From: Eledone cirrhosa
Lineage: Eukaryota
Length of the DNA stretch: 64,000 nt
Reading direction: 5' to 3'
Assembly: GCA_964016885.1 (NCBI GenBank)
Contig: OZ024744.1
Coordinates: 25,048,001 to 25,112,000 of the forward strand
The translations under genes were made by a program, and so were the position numbers. The notes under the pieces were generated by a model, which saw only the letters and a list, made by a program, of their open reading frames with translations, had not been told where the DNA came from and did not search any database. Each line of letters begins with the position of its first letter. Positions within the stretch are counted from its first letter, which is position 1. Of the stretch, positions 43,415 through 59,541 are shown piece by piece.

Positions 43415-44441
43415 GCTCTCGTTCATAGCCAACAGTTTGCTATTCAGTTGGAATACTCAGCCACTAGCAACAACGTCGGAAGACCAGCGAAGAATCCTTC
43501 AAATATGACAATGTCTCCCACCTCACATTCTCCTTCATCATCAAATTCTCCTCCTTCGCAACTGTTGTCAATTGTGTCCCCACAACAGACATCTATCACG
43601 ACAACAACAACAATACCAACAACACCGATAACCATTGCCACAGCATCTCCGTCACCACCGTTGTCTTCGCCACCATCCTCCTTGTCCCCTTCCTCTGCAG
43701 CACCGTCTCCGTCATCGTCGTCGCCGCCACCTTCACTATCATCATCATCGCCGTTATCAGCAATGTCGTCGATGGCGACAATGACAGCGATGACGTCATC
43801 GACAAGAGCAACCTCGCCTTCAGTCACCACCACAACCCCCGAAATGACAATGTTTCACAACAGCAACAACAACAACAACAACAAAATCAACAAATTCAAC
43901 GTTTGTTCAGCCAATACCAAAGACGAATTCCTTCGGAAATATTCTCCGGCTGACATGAAAATGTCAACTAACAACAACAGCAGCAGCAGCAACAACAGCA
44001 GCGACAGTAAAAATGGCGATGACGGTAATGAAAATATGAACGATGACAACAGTAATGACAAAAACAACAGAAACAATAATAACAATGGCAGCGACAAAGT
44101 CGAGTCACCGGCGATTGTTAGCAACAGAATGATATTTCCCGACAACAGCGATAGTGATGGAGGAGGTGGTGGTGGTGGTGACGGTGAAGGAGGAGGGGGA
44201 GATGAAGGAAGAAACAACTATAATATTAGTGCAAATTCCCCGTCAAACAACGTTAGCAACATGGACAGCAAAGAGACAATCGGTAGTAACTGCAGCAACA
44301 GTAGTAGTAGTAGCAATAGTAGCAATAGCAACAGCAGCAATAGTATCTCTGGTAGAAATATCAACGGTGACGGTAGCAACGCCAATACTGCCATCGCCTC
44401 GGCTAGCAGCAGCAGCAGCAGCAGCAACAACAAGAAACCCA

Positions 44442-44475
<34 letters not shown>

Positions 44476-44830
44476 TAGCAACAAGGCCAATGTTAGCAAC
44501 TCTGTTAGTGCGGCGGCGAACGCTGCGTTGAACCTCGGCAACAACAGGTTCCCTTGCGAGAACTGCGACAAAGTGTTCACCGACCCCAGTAACTTGCAGC
44601 GTCACATCCGTTCGCAGCATGTAGGCGCCAGGTCTCACGCGTGTCCCGAGTGCGGAAAGACGTTCGCAACCTCGAGCGGTTTGAAGCAGCACCAACACAT
44701 ACACAGCAGCGTGAAGCCATTCCGCTGCGAAGTCTGTTTAAAGGCGTACACACAGTTTTCCAATCTATGCAGACATAAACGGATGCATGCTGATTGCAGA
44801 CAACAGATCAAATGCAAAGATTGCCAACAG
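43415..44830 (+). CDS. MECOM: MECOM/PRDM16/hamlet-like exon C (S/T/N-rich linker, three C2H2 fingers and half of a fourth)
   Basis: tttttatag| acceptor in frame with ORF 43448. Encodes [70 protein letters not shown] and IKCKDCQQ, near-identical to EVI1/PRDM16 fingers 4-7. Donor cag|gtaaat. Confidence 0.95.
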
Positions 44831-45376
44831 GTAAATTCTAATTAAGATATAATAATATTCATACACTCGTCCTCTTCCGCCTTCTTCTTCATTTCTTTCT
44901 TTCTTTGTTATTTATTTGTATATTTATTTGTATATTTATCTATATATATGTTTATGTGGTTGTTTTATAATTCATTTTCTTAAAACAAATTATTCATAGA
45001 AGATGTCTAACACACTAACACACCAATAAATTCATTCTAGACTTCTTTACTCCTTCTTATTGACAGTATGGACGTCAAAGAACATCTCTAATGATAAATG
45101 ACGCGCATGCACACATAGTGATGCACATGTATTAATTAGTGGTTCCTCATATTTAACACAAAGACGTACACGCATGCGTTTTACATACACACACACACAT
45201 ATATATATGTATACATGTATGTGTATGTACTATATGTATGTTATGTATGTATGTATGTAAGTGTTTATGTATGTATATGTGTGTGTGTGTATGTTTAAAT
45301 GTATGTATATATGTATACATATGAATGTATGTATATTTCTATGTATGTATATATGTATGTATATTTGTCGGCTAAG

Positions 45377-45456
45377 AATATGATCGTAACTGAATATGAT
45401 CGTAACTGAATATGATCGTAACTGAATATGATCGTAACTGAATATGATCGTAACTG
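45377..45456. repeat. 16-bp tandem repeat AATATGATCGTAACTG x5
   Basis: Directly visible. Confidence 0.9.
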
Positions 45457-46440
45457 ATGCGTTTCGAAAAAGAGGGATCGTTTAGAGTGAGATACCTTGC
45501 GATGTTTGTTCTGAATCATGATAGAAACACTCCCTGAAATGACATGAACCATTAATTGGCCCATTGCAAACCTGTAAGCAATAATACTATTCTATAGCAA
45601 TTGCGATATAGATTAAGTAAGTATTGCTTTGTTCTGCACAGTGAAAATGTTACACAGGTAATCTATGAATGGACAGGTTCGAAAACCACAAATTTATTGT
45701 ATAGAGAATGTAAACTCAATCGAATCGATTTCAATACATGCCTGATGTTTATGTTATCGATCTCGGATGGATGAAAAAGGAAATCAACAATCCCGAGCGA
45801 AATGAACTAATCGACTATAAAAGCATCTAGTCGAGTCTTTTTCTTTCTTGTTGTGCTCACAGAATGTCGGTGAAAGGATTTGTGCAACCACAATATGATT
45901 GCTCTCTTCCTAGGTCCCTCCCTAGGGTTCCGAGAGAGAGATAAAGAAGAGAAAAGATAGAGAGGAAGAGAAAGCAAGAATGTGTGTGTGTAAGAGAGAT
46001 TGAGAGAAAAAGAAAGAGAGAAGGATAATTGACCCCAGTACTTGACTGGTACTCTATCTATTGCTAACAAAGTGGTGAAAAACAAATTTGGCCTCAGCGG
46101 ATTTGAACTCGAAGTGCAAAGAGCTGAAGATTTTGTCTGAAATTTCTCATATAAGTCATTGGTAAACCTGAGTTTATGATGAAAAGCAGTTGTCCATCTT
46201 ATCGTTTCTTTTGTTGGTAGCAATGACCACCGTAAACGGAGTGAATGTGTGATTGGTACATTTGAAGCATGTAACCATAAATCAACGCCATGATTCACAA
46301 TAAATGTGGTGATGGCTGGATCACCGTTGGTTCCACTAGGAGTGTTTAAGTGACTTCCATCAACGGAATAACCTACTCCTGAAAATAACGTGCTGCTGGG
46401 ACGGCAATCTGACTCACAAATATCACACACAGATGGGGTG

Positions 46441-46708
46441 TGTAACGCTTTCGTATATACCTTTATTGTGAACCACTGGTTAAACCATTACTCAACAGAG
46501 TACTCGATATTTGGGGTAGTAAAGTATGGTTATATTATAAAGAGTTTGGAACAGTCTGGTCAAATGACAAGAGCCGAGCCGTAGTCGTTTGACCAGACTG
46601 TTCCAGACTCTTTATAATATAACCATACTTTACTACCCCAAATATCGAGTACTCTGTTGAGTAATGGTTTAACCAGTGGTTCACAATAAAGGTATATACG
46701 AAAGCGTT

Positions 46709-46710
<2 letters not shown>
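46441..46710. repeat. Near-perfect inverted repeat (~128-bp arms, 15-nt spacer)
   Basis: 46441-46568 is the reverse complement of 46584-46710 with about 2 mismatches; ends in (AC)n(AT)n. Confidence 0.9.
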
Positions 46711-47862
<1,152 letters not shown>

Positions 47863-48117
47863 AATATAAATTAGCGAGAATCGTATTTCGGCTTAGGAAT
47901 TAACGAAAAACAACTTCCGAGATGTGTGGCAAGCGCTCTATGATTCAGATGAACCATAGCTACAACATACGTTAAAGGCCAAACACACTGAGACGATGGT
48001 TAAACAATCATCCGCACAACCATAAGAACGACCAATTAATTCGGGTCAAACAAATAAAAATATATGTGATTGAAATAATTTACCCGGAACCTGGATGGTT
48101 GGTAACATCCAGCATTT

Positions 48118-48154
<37 letters not shown>

Positions 48155-48310
48155 TGAGTTTGAATTATTTTTTCCACATCTTACGTTAACTATTATGGAA
48201 TACTGTTGGCTTCTTGCTACAATGTTTTCTATACCTTTCATTTATATATAAATATATATACATATATATGTATATATATTTATACATATATATATATAAA
48301 CATATATATG

Positions 48311-48460
<150 letters not shown>

Positions 48461-49349
48461 ATTATCCAAGATGTAGTAATGGTTAATTACTACACTGGAT
48501 ATGGTTGACGTACGAGTTATGGAAGAATTGTTCAAGAAATTTAGTTCCTGATCATTCAGTATTCCGGAGTGTATATAAAGAATGAATAATAACAGGTAGA
48601 CATCATAAAAAGGTAATTTATTCCGTGTGCTTACAAGTGTTTCCACGGTGGTACTGCAGCCTAGTTCCGCTACGTGCAAATTCACAAGTACTTGCAGAAC
48701 TCGAATATCCAAAGCTGTGACCACTGTTTCCTCAGAGCAGAATGGTAAATGTACAATGTAAAAACCCTTAAGTGGGGTTTTTGGGGAAGATAGAGTGGAA
48801 CAGGAAGAGAGAAAAGTAGGGAAGATGGAGAGAGAAGGAAAGATATGCAGGGGTTGGAGAAGTAGGAGAGAGTGGCTTGTAGATATCTTAATCAAAATGT
48901 TATGGTAGGGGTTACTTTTGGAGAGATGCGTTGATAGTTAAGGTCGGAATTATTTATTGCCCTAGAGGGCAGGTTCATAGATGTTGAGAAGGAGGTAGGT
49001 CAAAGGTGAGAGAGAGAGAGTGTAATGGATGTAGAGAGAGATATAGGTAGAGAGGGGACAGATAAAGTATGTGTGGTGAGGGAACTTTTGGTTTTGTAGT
49101 AGTAATCTAGGAATTGTACTGAGTTACCATGTATAGTGGTCAAGCCGTTTCGACGGCTAATTCTGTCCAGAATTAGCCGTCGAAACGGCTTGAGCTCAGC
49201 CGTCGGGGTCTTACTCGTTCCTGCTACCCACTCTACTACCCTAAGTATTTAGTACTTTGGTGCGTTATGGTCCACCTGGTTCCTTACCACATTTCCTTCG
49301 TTATATATATATATATATATATTTATACATATATATATACATATATATG

Positions 49350-49394
<45 letters not shown>

Positions 49395-50266
49395 CGAAGG
49401 AGTTGTAGTAAGGAACCGGATGGACCATAACGCACCAGAGTACTCAATACTTAGGGTAGTAGAGTGTAATAGGAAAATGCTTAACCTCGACGGCAGAGAT
49501 ATATGTATATGGATACACACACATATATATATATGTATGTGTGTGCGGAGGGAGGGGTGGTGCGCATGGATATATGTGTGCAGGTGTGTGTGCGTTCATA
49601 TGCATGTGTATACACATAGACCACACATAGAAATACATACACACAAGCGGCTATGTTTTGTTGTGAAAAATCGCCATTGATCTTTTCTATATTTGCATGC
49701 CTTGCTGCAGTTGGTTGCTTTACAACTCTCACGTGGTCTCGCATGTTATTATGAGAAACAATCTGAGTGGCAGTTCGTGTATTTTACCTCTTTCTTTGTT
49801 TTTGTGTTGTGTGTATGTGTGTGTGTGTATGTATTGTGTGTATATGTATTGTGTGTGTGTATTGTGTGTATGTATGAGTGTATATATGTATGTATGTGTG
49901 TGTGTGTGTGTGTGTGTGTTTAAAACCTTCCTTGTGACTTTCCTTTCATTCTCTCTTCTTTTGAATTATTGTTGTTGTTATTTGTTACATTTTTGAAAGA
50001 CATTTTATCCTGCACCTCCTTAATTGTGATCTTCCAACAAGTTAATACCTTTGTCTCAGCGGATACCTCACAATCTGTACACTTCTCTCATTCACACTCA
50101 CACCCACCTTTTCTTTTTTTATTACTCATCAAATCAGACAGGCTTTCCGCTTATTATCATCACCAATTGCAGAGCTTCATTAGCTATGAGGATATATACG
50201 TCGATCTATCTATCAATTGATCCATTCATATATATACACACACACACACATATATATATAGACCAG

Positions 50267-50313
<47 letters not shown>

Positions 50314-50350
50314 TATATATATATAGAGACCAGATACATATATATATATA

Positions 50351-50404
<54 letters not shown>

Positions 50405-50439
50405 TATATATATAGACCAGATACATATATATAAATATA

Positions 50440-50470
<31 letters not shown>

Positions 50471-50500
50471 GTTTTTATATGTATATATATATATGTATAA

Positions 50501-50575
<75 letters not shown>

Positions 50576-50579
<4 letters not shown>

Positions 50580-50769
50580 AACGAGTAGGACCCCGACGGC
50601 TGAGCTCAAGCCGTTTCGACGGCTAATTCTGTCCAGAATTAGCCGTCGAAACAGCTTGAGCTCAGCTGTCGGAGTCCTACTCGTTCCTATTACCCACTCT
50701 ACTACCCTAAGTATTGAGTACTTTGGTGCGTTATGGTCCATCTGGTTCCTTACCACATTTCCTTCGTTA
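50576..50769 (+). mobile_element. Fold-back repeat family A copy in the last intron
   Basis: Palindrome 50576-50690 centred on TTCTG-TC-CAGAA plus the same tail, embedded in (TA)n. Confidence 0.8.
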
Positions 50770-50802
50770 TATATATCCAAAATTATATATGTATATATAT
50801 AT

Positions 50803-50839
<37 letters not shown>

Positions 50840-50846
50840 TTATTAA

Positions 50847-50944
<98 letters not shown>

Positions 50945-51360
50945 GAGAAAGAGAGAGAGAATGATAGACAGGTAATTATATATATTCGTGTTTAGTTTTC
51001 TTTCTTTCATATTTTCAATTTTTTAAAAACTTTCCTAGAATTATCCATATTTTTAATGTTCCTATGAATACGAGGAATTTTCCTCGGTATTTTCTTTCTT
51101 TTCTTTTTATTAATCAATCAATAATCAGTCTATTAACTTGAAGAGATTCCCAAGATTCCCAAGAATTCCTGTTCTCTTTAGTTAGAAACCTTATTTCATG
51201 GCCGCCATGTCTATCTGTGAGAAATCCAACTATTTATGAACAGATCGCAAGTCTCGCAGAATGAGATTCTCATATAACATTTGCTCTATATTCTATCTTT
51301 CACTCTTTCTAATAGCCTTAAATTATTCTTCCTCTCTGATATTTATGAATATTCTCTCTC

Positions 51361-51488
<128 letters not shown>

Positions 51489-51556
51489 TATAATATATAC
51501 ACATATAAATACACACGCATATAGACACATACATATACTCACACATATACATGGAT

Positions 51557-51611
<55 letters not shown>

Positions 51612-52227
51612 ATATTTGCTGTTGATTTTGTAAGTCATCAGTTGGTCTTAAGAGTCATCTCAGAGAACACATGGGGTATGACTGTGAAAGATGAGTAATC
51701 AGACGACTACCATCTGAAAAGTTGAAGCATTTATGCTACATACATACATTCATATATATATGCATACATACGCATTCAGGTGTACACACACACACACACG
51801 TACACAACACTAGGAATATCTTTGATATACTAGGTCAGCTTGACGAGGACTGACTGACCTAAGACTAAATCACATAACAACTTATAGGAACCCTCCGAAA
51901 ATGTCAAAAAGGTTATAAGAAAGTTGCTAAAGTTGTTGTTTTTGGTTATAACCAAATATTAGAATTTATTGAAATGTTGTAATATTACCTAGATGAGTAC
52001 CCCCCGCCCGCCGGCACGGTGGTGTCTGTAATAGTGATAATAGTGATAATATAGGTTATGTAATCAACATAAGGTTGAATATATTTATTAGAATCGCTTA
52101 TATTGTTTTTTTGCATTCGATCTTTCACAAACGCCTACTCAAGATAAGAACTGATTTACGATATATTTTCGCCAAGTTTGCAAACTCAGACAATATTTTT
52201 TAACGTTTACATCATTTTTTCTTCCAG

Positions 52228-55200
52228 GTTTTTTCAACCGTAACTTCTCTCGGAAAACACAAGAGATTCTGCGATGGGGCCTTTCGCTCAAGTAGTGCAG
52301 CTGCAGTAGCTGCAGCTGCTGTCGCAGCTGATCACCATCTGCGCATGCGTCTCTGCTACACTCCCGACAAGCTTGTCCCGGCTGGATTAGGAGCCTTACA
52401 ACAAAATACTCCTTTGACCACTGCTGCCGCTGCAGCAGCCGTTTCAGCTTATATGTATGGACAACCTCGACTTTCTTATTTTCGTCCTTTAATCACTCAA
52501 CCTCAATTTGGATCGATACTTCCGCAGCCATTAGCCGCTGCAATGGCAACATCTAGTTTGGCTGGAACCCCGACAACTAACCATGGCGGTATCAACTCTT
52601 GTTCTCTTCCATTGTCCAATTCTGCTTTGGACACTGATTGCTTTCGATCTCCGGCAGGAGCCATCCCCCCAACCCCTGCACCAGCACATGCTCATCAACA
52701 TATACCTCTTCCACCAATGCATCCAGCCTCATCCATTGTTTCACATGCACCTCTGTCGTTATCTTTACCGAAACCACAACAGACTCAACACCAACGACTG
52801 CAGAGTGAATCAGATGTAAGTGGACTCAACTTGCATTCTCCCGATTTTATGAGTGGTTATAACCTGACAACAGCTAGTCTCAACAGTATTAGCAGCAACA
52901 ACAATAACAACAACACTAATAATGATAGCAAAGATAATTCAGACATCAGTCATATTGACAGACATACCAGTGCTATCATGATAAAGGAGCAATTAGAACA
53001 CGAGAGTCGAAGTCAGAAAAAAAGAAAATGGAGAAAACGAAATAGAAAAATAAGACATAAGCGGCCTGATGAATGGCTGGGATCTGAGCATAATAATTTG
53101 ATAGACAAATCTGAGATTGATCTTTGGCAAGAGGAACAAGGTTTAAATCTAGAAGATGATGACGACAATGTGGATGGTTATAAAAGAGATATCTACAAAT
53201 GGCGTCGATTTGATGACGAGACCCAGAATAAAATGTGGTCGGAAAACCAAGAGTTTGACGAGAAAAAACATGACGAATGGAAATTAGGAAGATACGATGA
53301 TATAGAAGAAGAAAGAGACGAAAGAAAGATCGGAAGAGAGAAACTAGAAAATGTTGACGAACTCGATCCAATGGAGAGTGCAGGTGCAGGAAACATTGGC
53401 CACGATGTGATGGATAGTAAACGGTGGCCATTCCATAATGTTTTTAATGCTACAGATGATAAGGAGAGTGAAGACACGGAGATACCGTATGAAAGAGATA
53501 CCGCTCTAATGCTTCAGCACCAGAAAAAGTATAAAGCGGGTGATAACAACAATAACACAATAGATGATAATAACAGTAACAAAACGGAAACCAAAGATAA
53601 CAACAACAAAAAGATGAATGAAGAAGACTTAAGAGCGTTCAGTTTAGAAAAGTCACGTGTGTCATCAGGAATTGTCACTAACAATGAACCTGGTCAGACT
53701 AAAGATAAACGTGATGGACATCTAACACGCATGTCTGTTGAAATCCTACCCAACGGCGGTAACAACAACAATAATAACAACAGCAACAATGACGCCAACA
53801 GAAGCAGTATTTTGAATTCGACAGGATCTAAAAGTCCCACTGCGATGTCATCGCTTTCCTGTTCTTCGCCGTCATCTGCTTCATCGAGCTACTCAGAAAC
53901 ATCTGGTGGGGACGACAATGACGATGAAACAAATGGAAAGAAGAAGCCAGAGGAGAAGAATGAAAGTTCTGAAAAACGACACAAGACGAAAGATAGGAAA
54001 AGCCGAAAGAGGCAGAGAATGGGAAATGATAAACAGGCAGAAGGAAGTGAACTTGTGATTGTTAGAAGAACCGAAGACGAAAATGAAGATGAAGAGAACA
54101 GTGAAGGGGAAGTTGGCGCAGAAGAATTTAAAAAGGAACTAAGAAATTTCCCCAAAGACTCTAACTCTGATTCTGCAGTGTTGCCAGAAAAAGATGAAGT
54201 TAGGCGACAACTACCGAGAAATGACTTTGCAGATGTCAGAGACCTTAGCATGACAGGGCCTACTTCAAGACGAAAGCGAGGTCGCCACAGCAGCTACGTC
54301 AACAATAATTTTAATCATAGCAACATAAGTAATCTTCCCTATTACCAATATCGAAACCAACCACAGTTTGGTAATGCTTTCACAGCATCTGCATTAGCAG
54401 AAGCTGCCATGTTCTTGGACGGTGCTCTCAACCTGCGCACCAGAAACTCTGATGACCTTCAAAGTAACCAGCTGTCTAAAAAGAAGAGGAATCAAGATAA
54501 TGATAATAATAACAATAATAATGATAATAACGATGATGTTAAAAATGACAATGACAATAATAGCTTGTTAGAAGCTGTTTTCAATCCATCTTCACTACCG
54601 GGACTCGTATCGATGGCAAAGCGAGGATTAATAGCTTCTAGTGTCGGAAGTGGAAGTCATAAGAGCCGGAAACGGCATCTGCAACACGGAGTTATTAACA
54701 AGAACACGAACAGCAATAATAGTGATAATGATATTTCTAATCTACACCAGCAGAAACATCAGCGATACTTACAAGAACATCAACAGCAAATGTATGGCAT
54801 TTTTAAGCAGGAAACAGAAAACACCGACTCATTTCCATTCCAGAATTCTCCAACAAAACACCAACAATTTGATAATCAACCAGAATCAGAACAACAAGTC
54901 GCACCATTTGATTTATCTAAATCTAGCATTGAGCAACGACAGCAACAACAACAAAGACTGCAGTCACAGCAACGCCGTGTTAGATTTAAGCCAAGATTGA
55001 AAGCAACTTTCCAGTCAGGGTTAACTGCTAGCGAGCGTGTAGCAGCTGCAATGTCTGCTTATATTGCTGAAGATGGAAAACACGATGACGATGAAGATGA
55101 AGAATTTGAAGAAGACATGTTTGATGAAGATAGTTTCGAATACACAAACCTGCATGATGTTGACGAGATTAAGAACCGCAATATAGAAGAAAATCGGCAG

Positions 55201-58200
55201 TTCGGACTGCTCCTTAATGACAAACATTTAATCAACAGAGACTACAATTACTGTTATCAGGACTTTTATAACAATCACTATTACAATGACAGTATGAGGG
55301 AAGACGAGGAGGTAGAAGAAGAGGATAAGGCTGAAGAAAGAAAAAACAATGAACGACGAGGAAAGCTGAAGGATAATTCCATCAGTAATAATTTCCATGA
55401 GACCCACAATAATTTAGATGTGAAAGATGAAATAAAAAGCATATTAGATGCACCGCTTGATTTGTCTACTAACTCCAAGCACACAGTAGATAATATCTTA
55501 AATAAAAACACTGACGACGCATTCATTGCTAATTGTTACCCATCCCGAAAAACCCATGTGTATGGATCAGGTCTTATGGCCTCTTCTAAACTGACGAAAA
55601 GCGGGGGAAAGGGGGGTGGAAATGATGGTTCACAATTAGATTCCAAGACTATGGCTGCTGCTCTTAAGTTATCAGAGTCTGGTTCTGAGCTGCACTATGC
55701 TTACCCTTTTGCCGGATCTTATATGTTAGATCCCTTCTACTCTACGATGGACAAAGAAAAATATACATCGTCAATGATGGCAACCTTAAATAGATACCAT
55801 GCTCATTCATCATATCCTACACTCCCTCATCATTTACAACATCCTAGTTTTCCGAATCATCTTACATCATCTTCCACAACACATCCATACCAACATCCTC
55901 TTGTTTCATACAGTGGATTTCTAGATTCTCCCATTGAAAATAACCTTTCTTATACAGACAACAACGGTGATATGATTCGAGGAGGTAGCAAAAATGGATC
56001 AAGTGGCCAATGTGGCAACAATGGTAGCAACAACATCAGTAACGATAACAACAACACACCCACTTCAAATTCAAACAACAATAACAGTTCGCAAACACTG
56101 GGAGGCAGTATCCCGTGTTCAGCAGCAGGATTGGGTAATTTTGGTTACAGCAGCAACACTCCTCAGTCAACAGCTTCAACTTTAGCTGCAGTTGCAGCCG
56201 CAGCTGCTGGAAATGGTCAAGGACCTGGTTCCTGTTCTGGAATGGGTATGGGTAATTTCAGGTACCCACCTCCACCTGGAGGTCATGGTCTTTTGTCTGC
56301 TGCGGCGGCGGCAGCTGTGGCAGCAGCAGTAGCAGCAGCGGCTGCGGCCAACAGGCCGGGTGGTGGCGCAGGCAGTGGAGTCGGAGGCGGAACTCATCAC
56401 CTCATGGCTGCTGCCGCGGCTGCTTCTGGTGCCGGAGCTGCTTTGGCTGGTGTTGGTGGTGGAAGTGGATCTGCAAGTAGTGGTAGCATGACATTCCACA
56501 GCAGTAAGTTTAAGGAGAGATATTCCTGTAAATATTGTGGCAAAATATTCCCGAGGTCAGCAAACCTAACCAGACATTTACGAACTCATACCGGAGAGCA
56601 GCCGTACAAATGTAAATTCTGTGAGCGCTCATTTAGCATATCCTCCAATTTACAACGCCATGTTCGAAATATTCACAACAGAGAGCGTCCTTTCCGGTGC
56701 ACATTGTGTGGCAAAAGTTTTGGTCAACAAACAAATTTAGACCGACACGTTAAAAAACACGAAATTCAGGGACCAAATGTAACAGATTCACCAGTCCATG
56801 GTAACAATAATGGTGACATCAGTTTCACGGAGGAGGTAAATCTATCTAAAAACGCTAATAATGATGAAATATTAGCGAACCGAATAAGTTTTGATGAAGA
56901 CTTTAGTATCAAGAAAGATACAAACGAAAACGACCTCAGAATTAGACGAGATTCAAACAATGACAACCGGTTGTCAAGGAAGAGCATTATAAGTGATAAT
57001 TTTCTCAATAGAAAAAATACAAGTCACAGCAGCTTTAAGGAAGAAATGATGAACAAAGCTGTCATAGACAATAGCCTAGTGAAAAACTACAGTAACAATA
57101 GTTATGTTATTTCAAGACTAACCAGCAATAAGAACAGTGATATTATTAAAGCCAAACATCCGAGTGACCATACTTTTAATGGTCAAAAAGGCGATGTTTT
57201 TATTGCAGGTAATTATAACCCAAGCAAAACTGATATAAACTGTTTAGACAGAAATATGGGAAGATATCTTGACAGCAACAACTGTATAGATCTTGTTGTT
57301 AGCAAAAATTCTTCTTCAAGCAAGGATTTTACAAGACGAAATATCGATGACAATGATATTATTATGCGAGACGATCCTTACACAATTAACAACGTTGCCA
57401 AATCGGAATTTAAATTTTCTCCCCGAACATCTAAACAACCAGTTTCCGGCTTTGGTGAAAATCTACTTGACGAAAGATTCCAGGGACAAAGCAAAATAAA
57501 TTATGTTGGTGACGTTGATAATCGTGACGAAGGTGATAATAATGAACAAGATGATATTAACAAAGATATTAAATATGGCGAAGACAAGGACTGGATGGAT
57601 GGTTATTCTAAAGAAACTGCTGAAAAGAATTTTGAATATGAAGGTAAAATGGAATCTTCATTATATACGGAAAATAACAAAACTTTTGCAAAACTTTGGA
57701 AAAACGCACTTAGTGAAGAGAACTGTGATGTTGATAGAAATGTTAAGGAAGAAGGTGACCTTAATGACAATATGTTAACAAAGAATATTAACAAACATTG
57801 CACAAGTGACAGCGATTCAAATATTTCTAATAAAGCTAACAAAATTAATTATGATATTACCGAAAACTTATATGATACCCCGGATAAATCTGACGACAGG
57901 TTCGGAAATGTTGAACCCGATGAAGAAGAAAATGAATTTTATGAAAGAGGAAATGTAAGACCGACCGAAGGAGTCCATAATATATCGGAGACAAACAGCA
58001 GCGAAGGTTTTGCTAAAATAACAAATGATGCAAAAATGAGCTGCGAAAATACAGTCAGAAGTTTTACATTTGGCGTGAGTGCGAAAAAGCAAGAGGAGAA
58101 CTCCAATAAAAAAGAAAATGATGGTATGTTTTCTACAGAAAAATGGTCAAAGAATAGCCATGCAAGTAATTCTCCTGTGACTACTACCATTTCAAATACT

Positions 58201-59472
58201 CCAGTTTCTAATTTTGCTGAAAGTCACGCTACTAATCCCACCACTAATACTAATACTGCTACAGAAACTGTTGCTAATGCTATTACGACGACTGCTACTA
58301 CCATTGCAACTAGAATTAGCAGTAGTAGTGGTGGTAGAAACAAGAATAATGTTTTTATTGGTGATAACAAAATCAACGTTAGTGGCGGCAACAATGGCAG
58401 AGATGATGTTAAAGCAGAAAGAATGAAGAGAGGTAACGTTGCTGATGATTATGATGATAATGAAGAGGAAGAAGAAGAAGATGATGACGAGGAGGAGGAG
58501 GAGGAGGAAGAAGAAGAGGAGGAGGAAGAAGACGAAGAGGAAGAAGAAGACGAAGAAGTCAATGACGATGACAACGACAATGAAGATGGAAATGGCAAAG
58601 AAGGTGATAGAAATGATGATAACGATGTTGATGATGACGATAATGGTGGTGATAATGATGATGACCGAGAAGAAAATGAAGACGATGACGATGAGGAGGA
58701 AGAAAGAGGTGGAGGGGACATCGGAGGAAACGGAAATGAAGATGAAGAGGAAGAAGACGATGATGATGATTTGGACGATGACAACATTGCTTCTAACGAA
58801 GGCGATGATCAGATGAAAAATAATCAAAATACTCTTAATGATGGTAAATATAATGTTATATTATATAACCATGATTGTGGAGAAGGACCAACATATATGG
58901 AAGACCAGCAGCAACACTGGATGGCGCAGAAGGAGATATGTGCGAAGGTTTATCGATATACCTTCTCTCAGCACACCTCATGTCAAATTAGCAACACAAA
59001 CAATAACAACAACACAAACAATAACAATAAAATGACAAATTGCGGCAACAGCAATAGCAACAGCTGCAAAAACAACAATTATGAGAACACCAATGGCTTC
59101 AACAGCTGTAATGATGAAAATCAACATACCACGACCAACAACAACAACAACAAGACTACCTTCTTGTTGGCATCAAATAACTGTGACAAATATGAACCCC
59201 ACGATTATGATCGTATCCAGAACGACAACGGCTGTTACAGATATTCCAACTGTATTATCAGCTGCAACTATAACAATAATAACAACTATAAAATATATAA
59301 CTTTACCCTTTCTCTCAACAGCAATGAACGGTTGAGTTCTGCATTTTACAACTCTTTAAATATTTCAACGAAAACCAACATTGCTGAGAGAAGTTTTGAT
59401 CCTACAAGGAACAACGACAATATTATTTATGATGATGATGATAATGGTTTGAAAAATAATAATAATAATAAC

Positions 59473-59541
<69 letters not shown>

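Noticed and set aside
43444-44817. Antisense and alternate-frame ORFs over exon C (similar ones overlap the terminal exon)
   Set aside because: Shadows of low-complexity trinucleotide coding sequence.
47941-48010. HHR-like TGATT-CAGATGA-ACCAT...ATGGT-TAAAC-AATCA (similar weak cases at 2052-2087 and 18788-18818)
   Set aside because: Two or more core positions are wrong and stem III is absent or broken; cannot be distinguished from chance.
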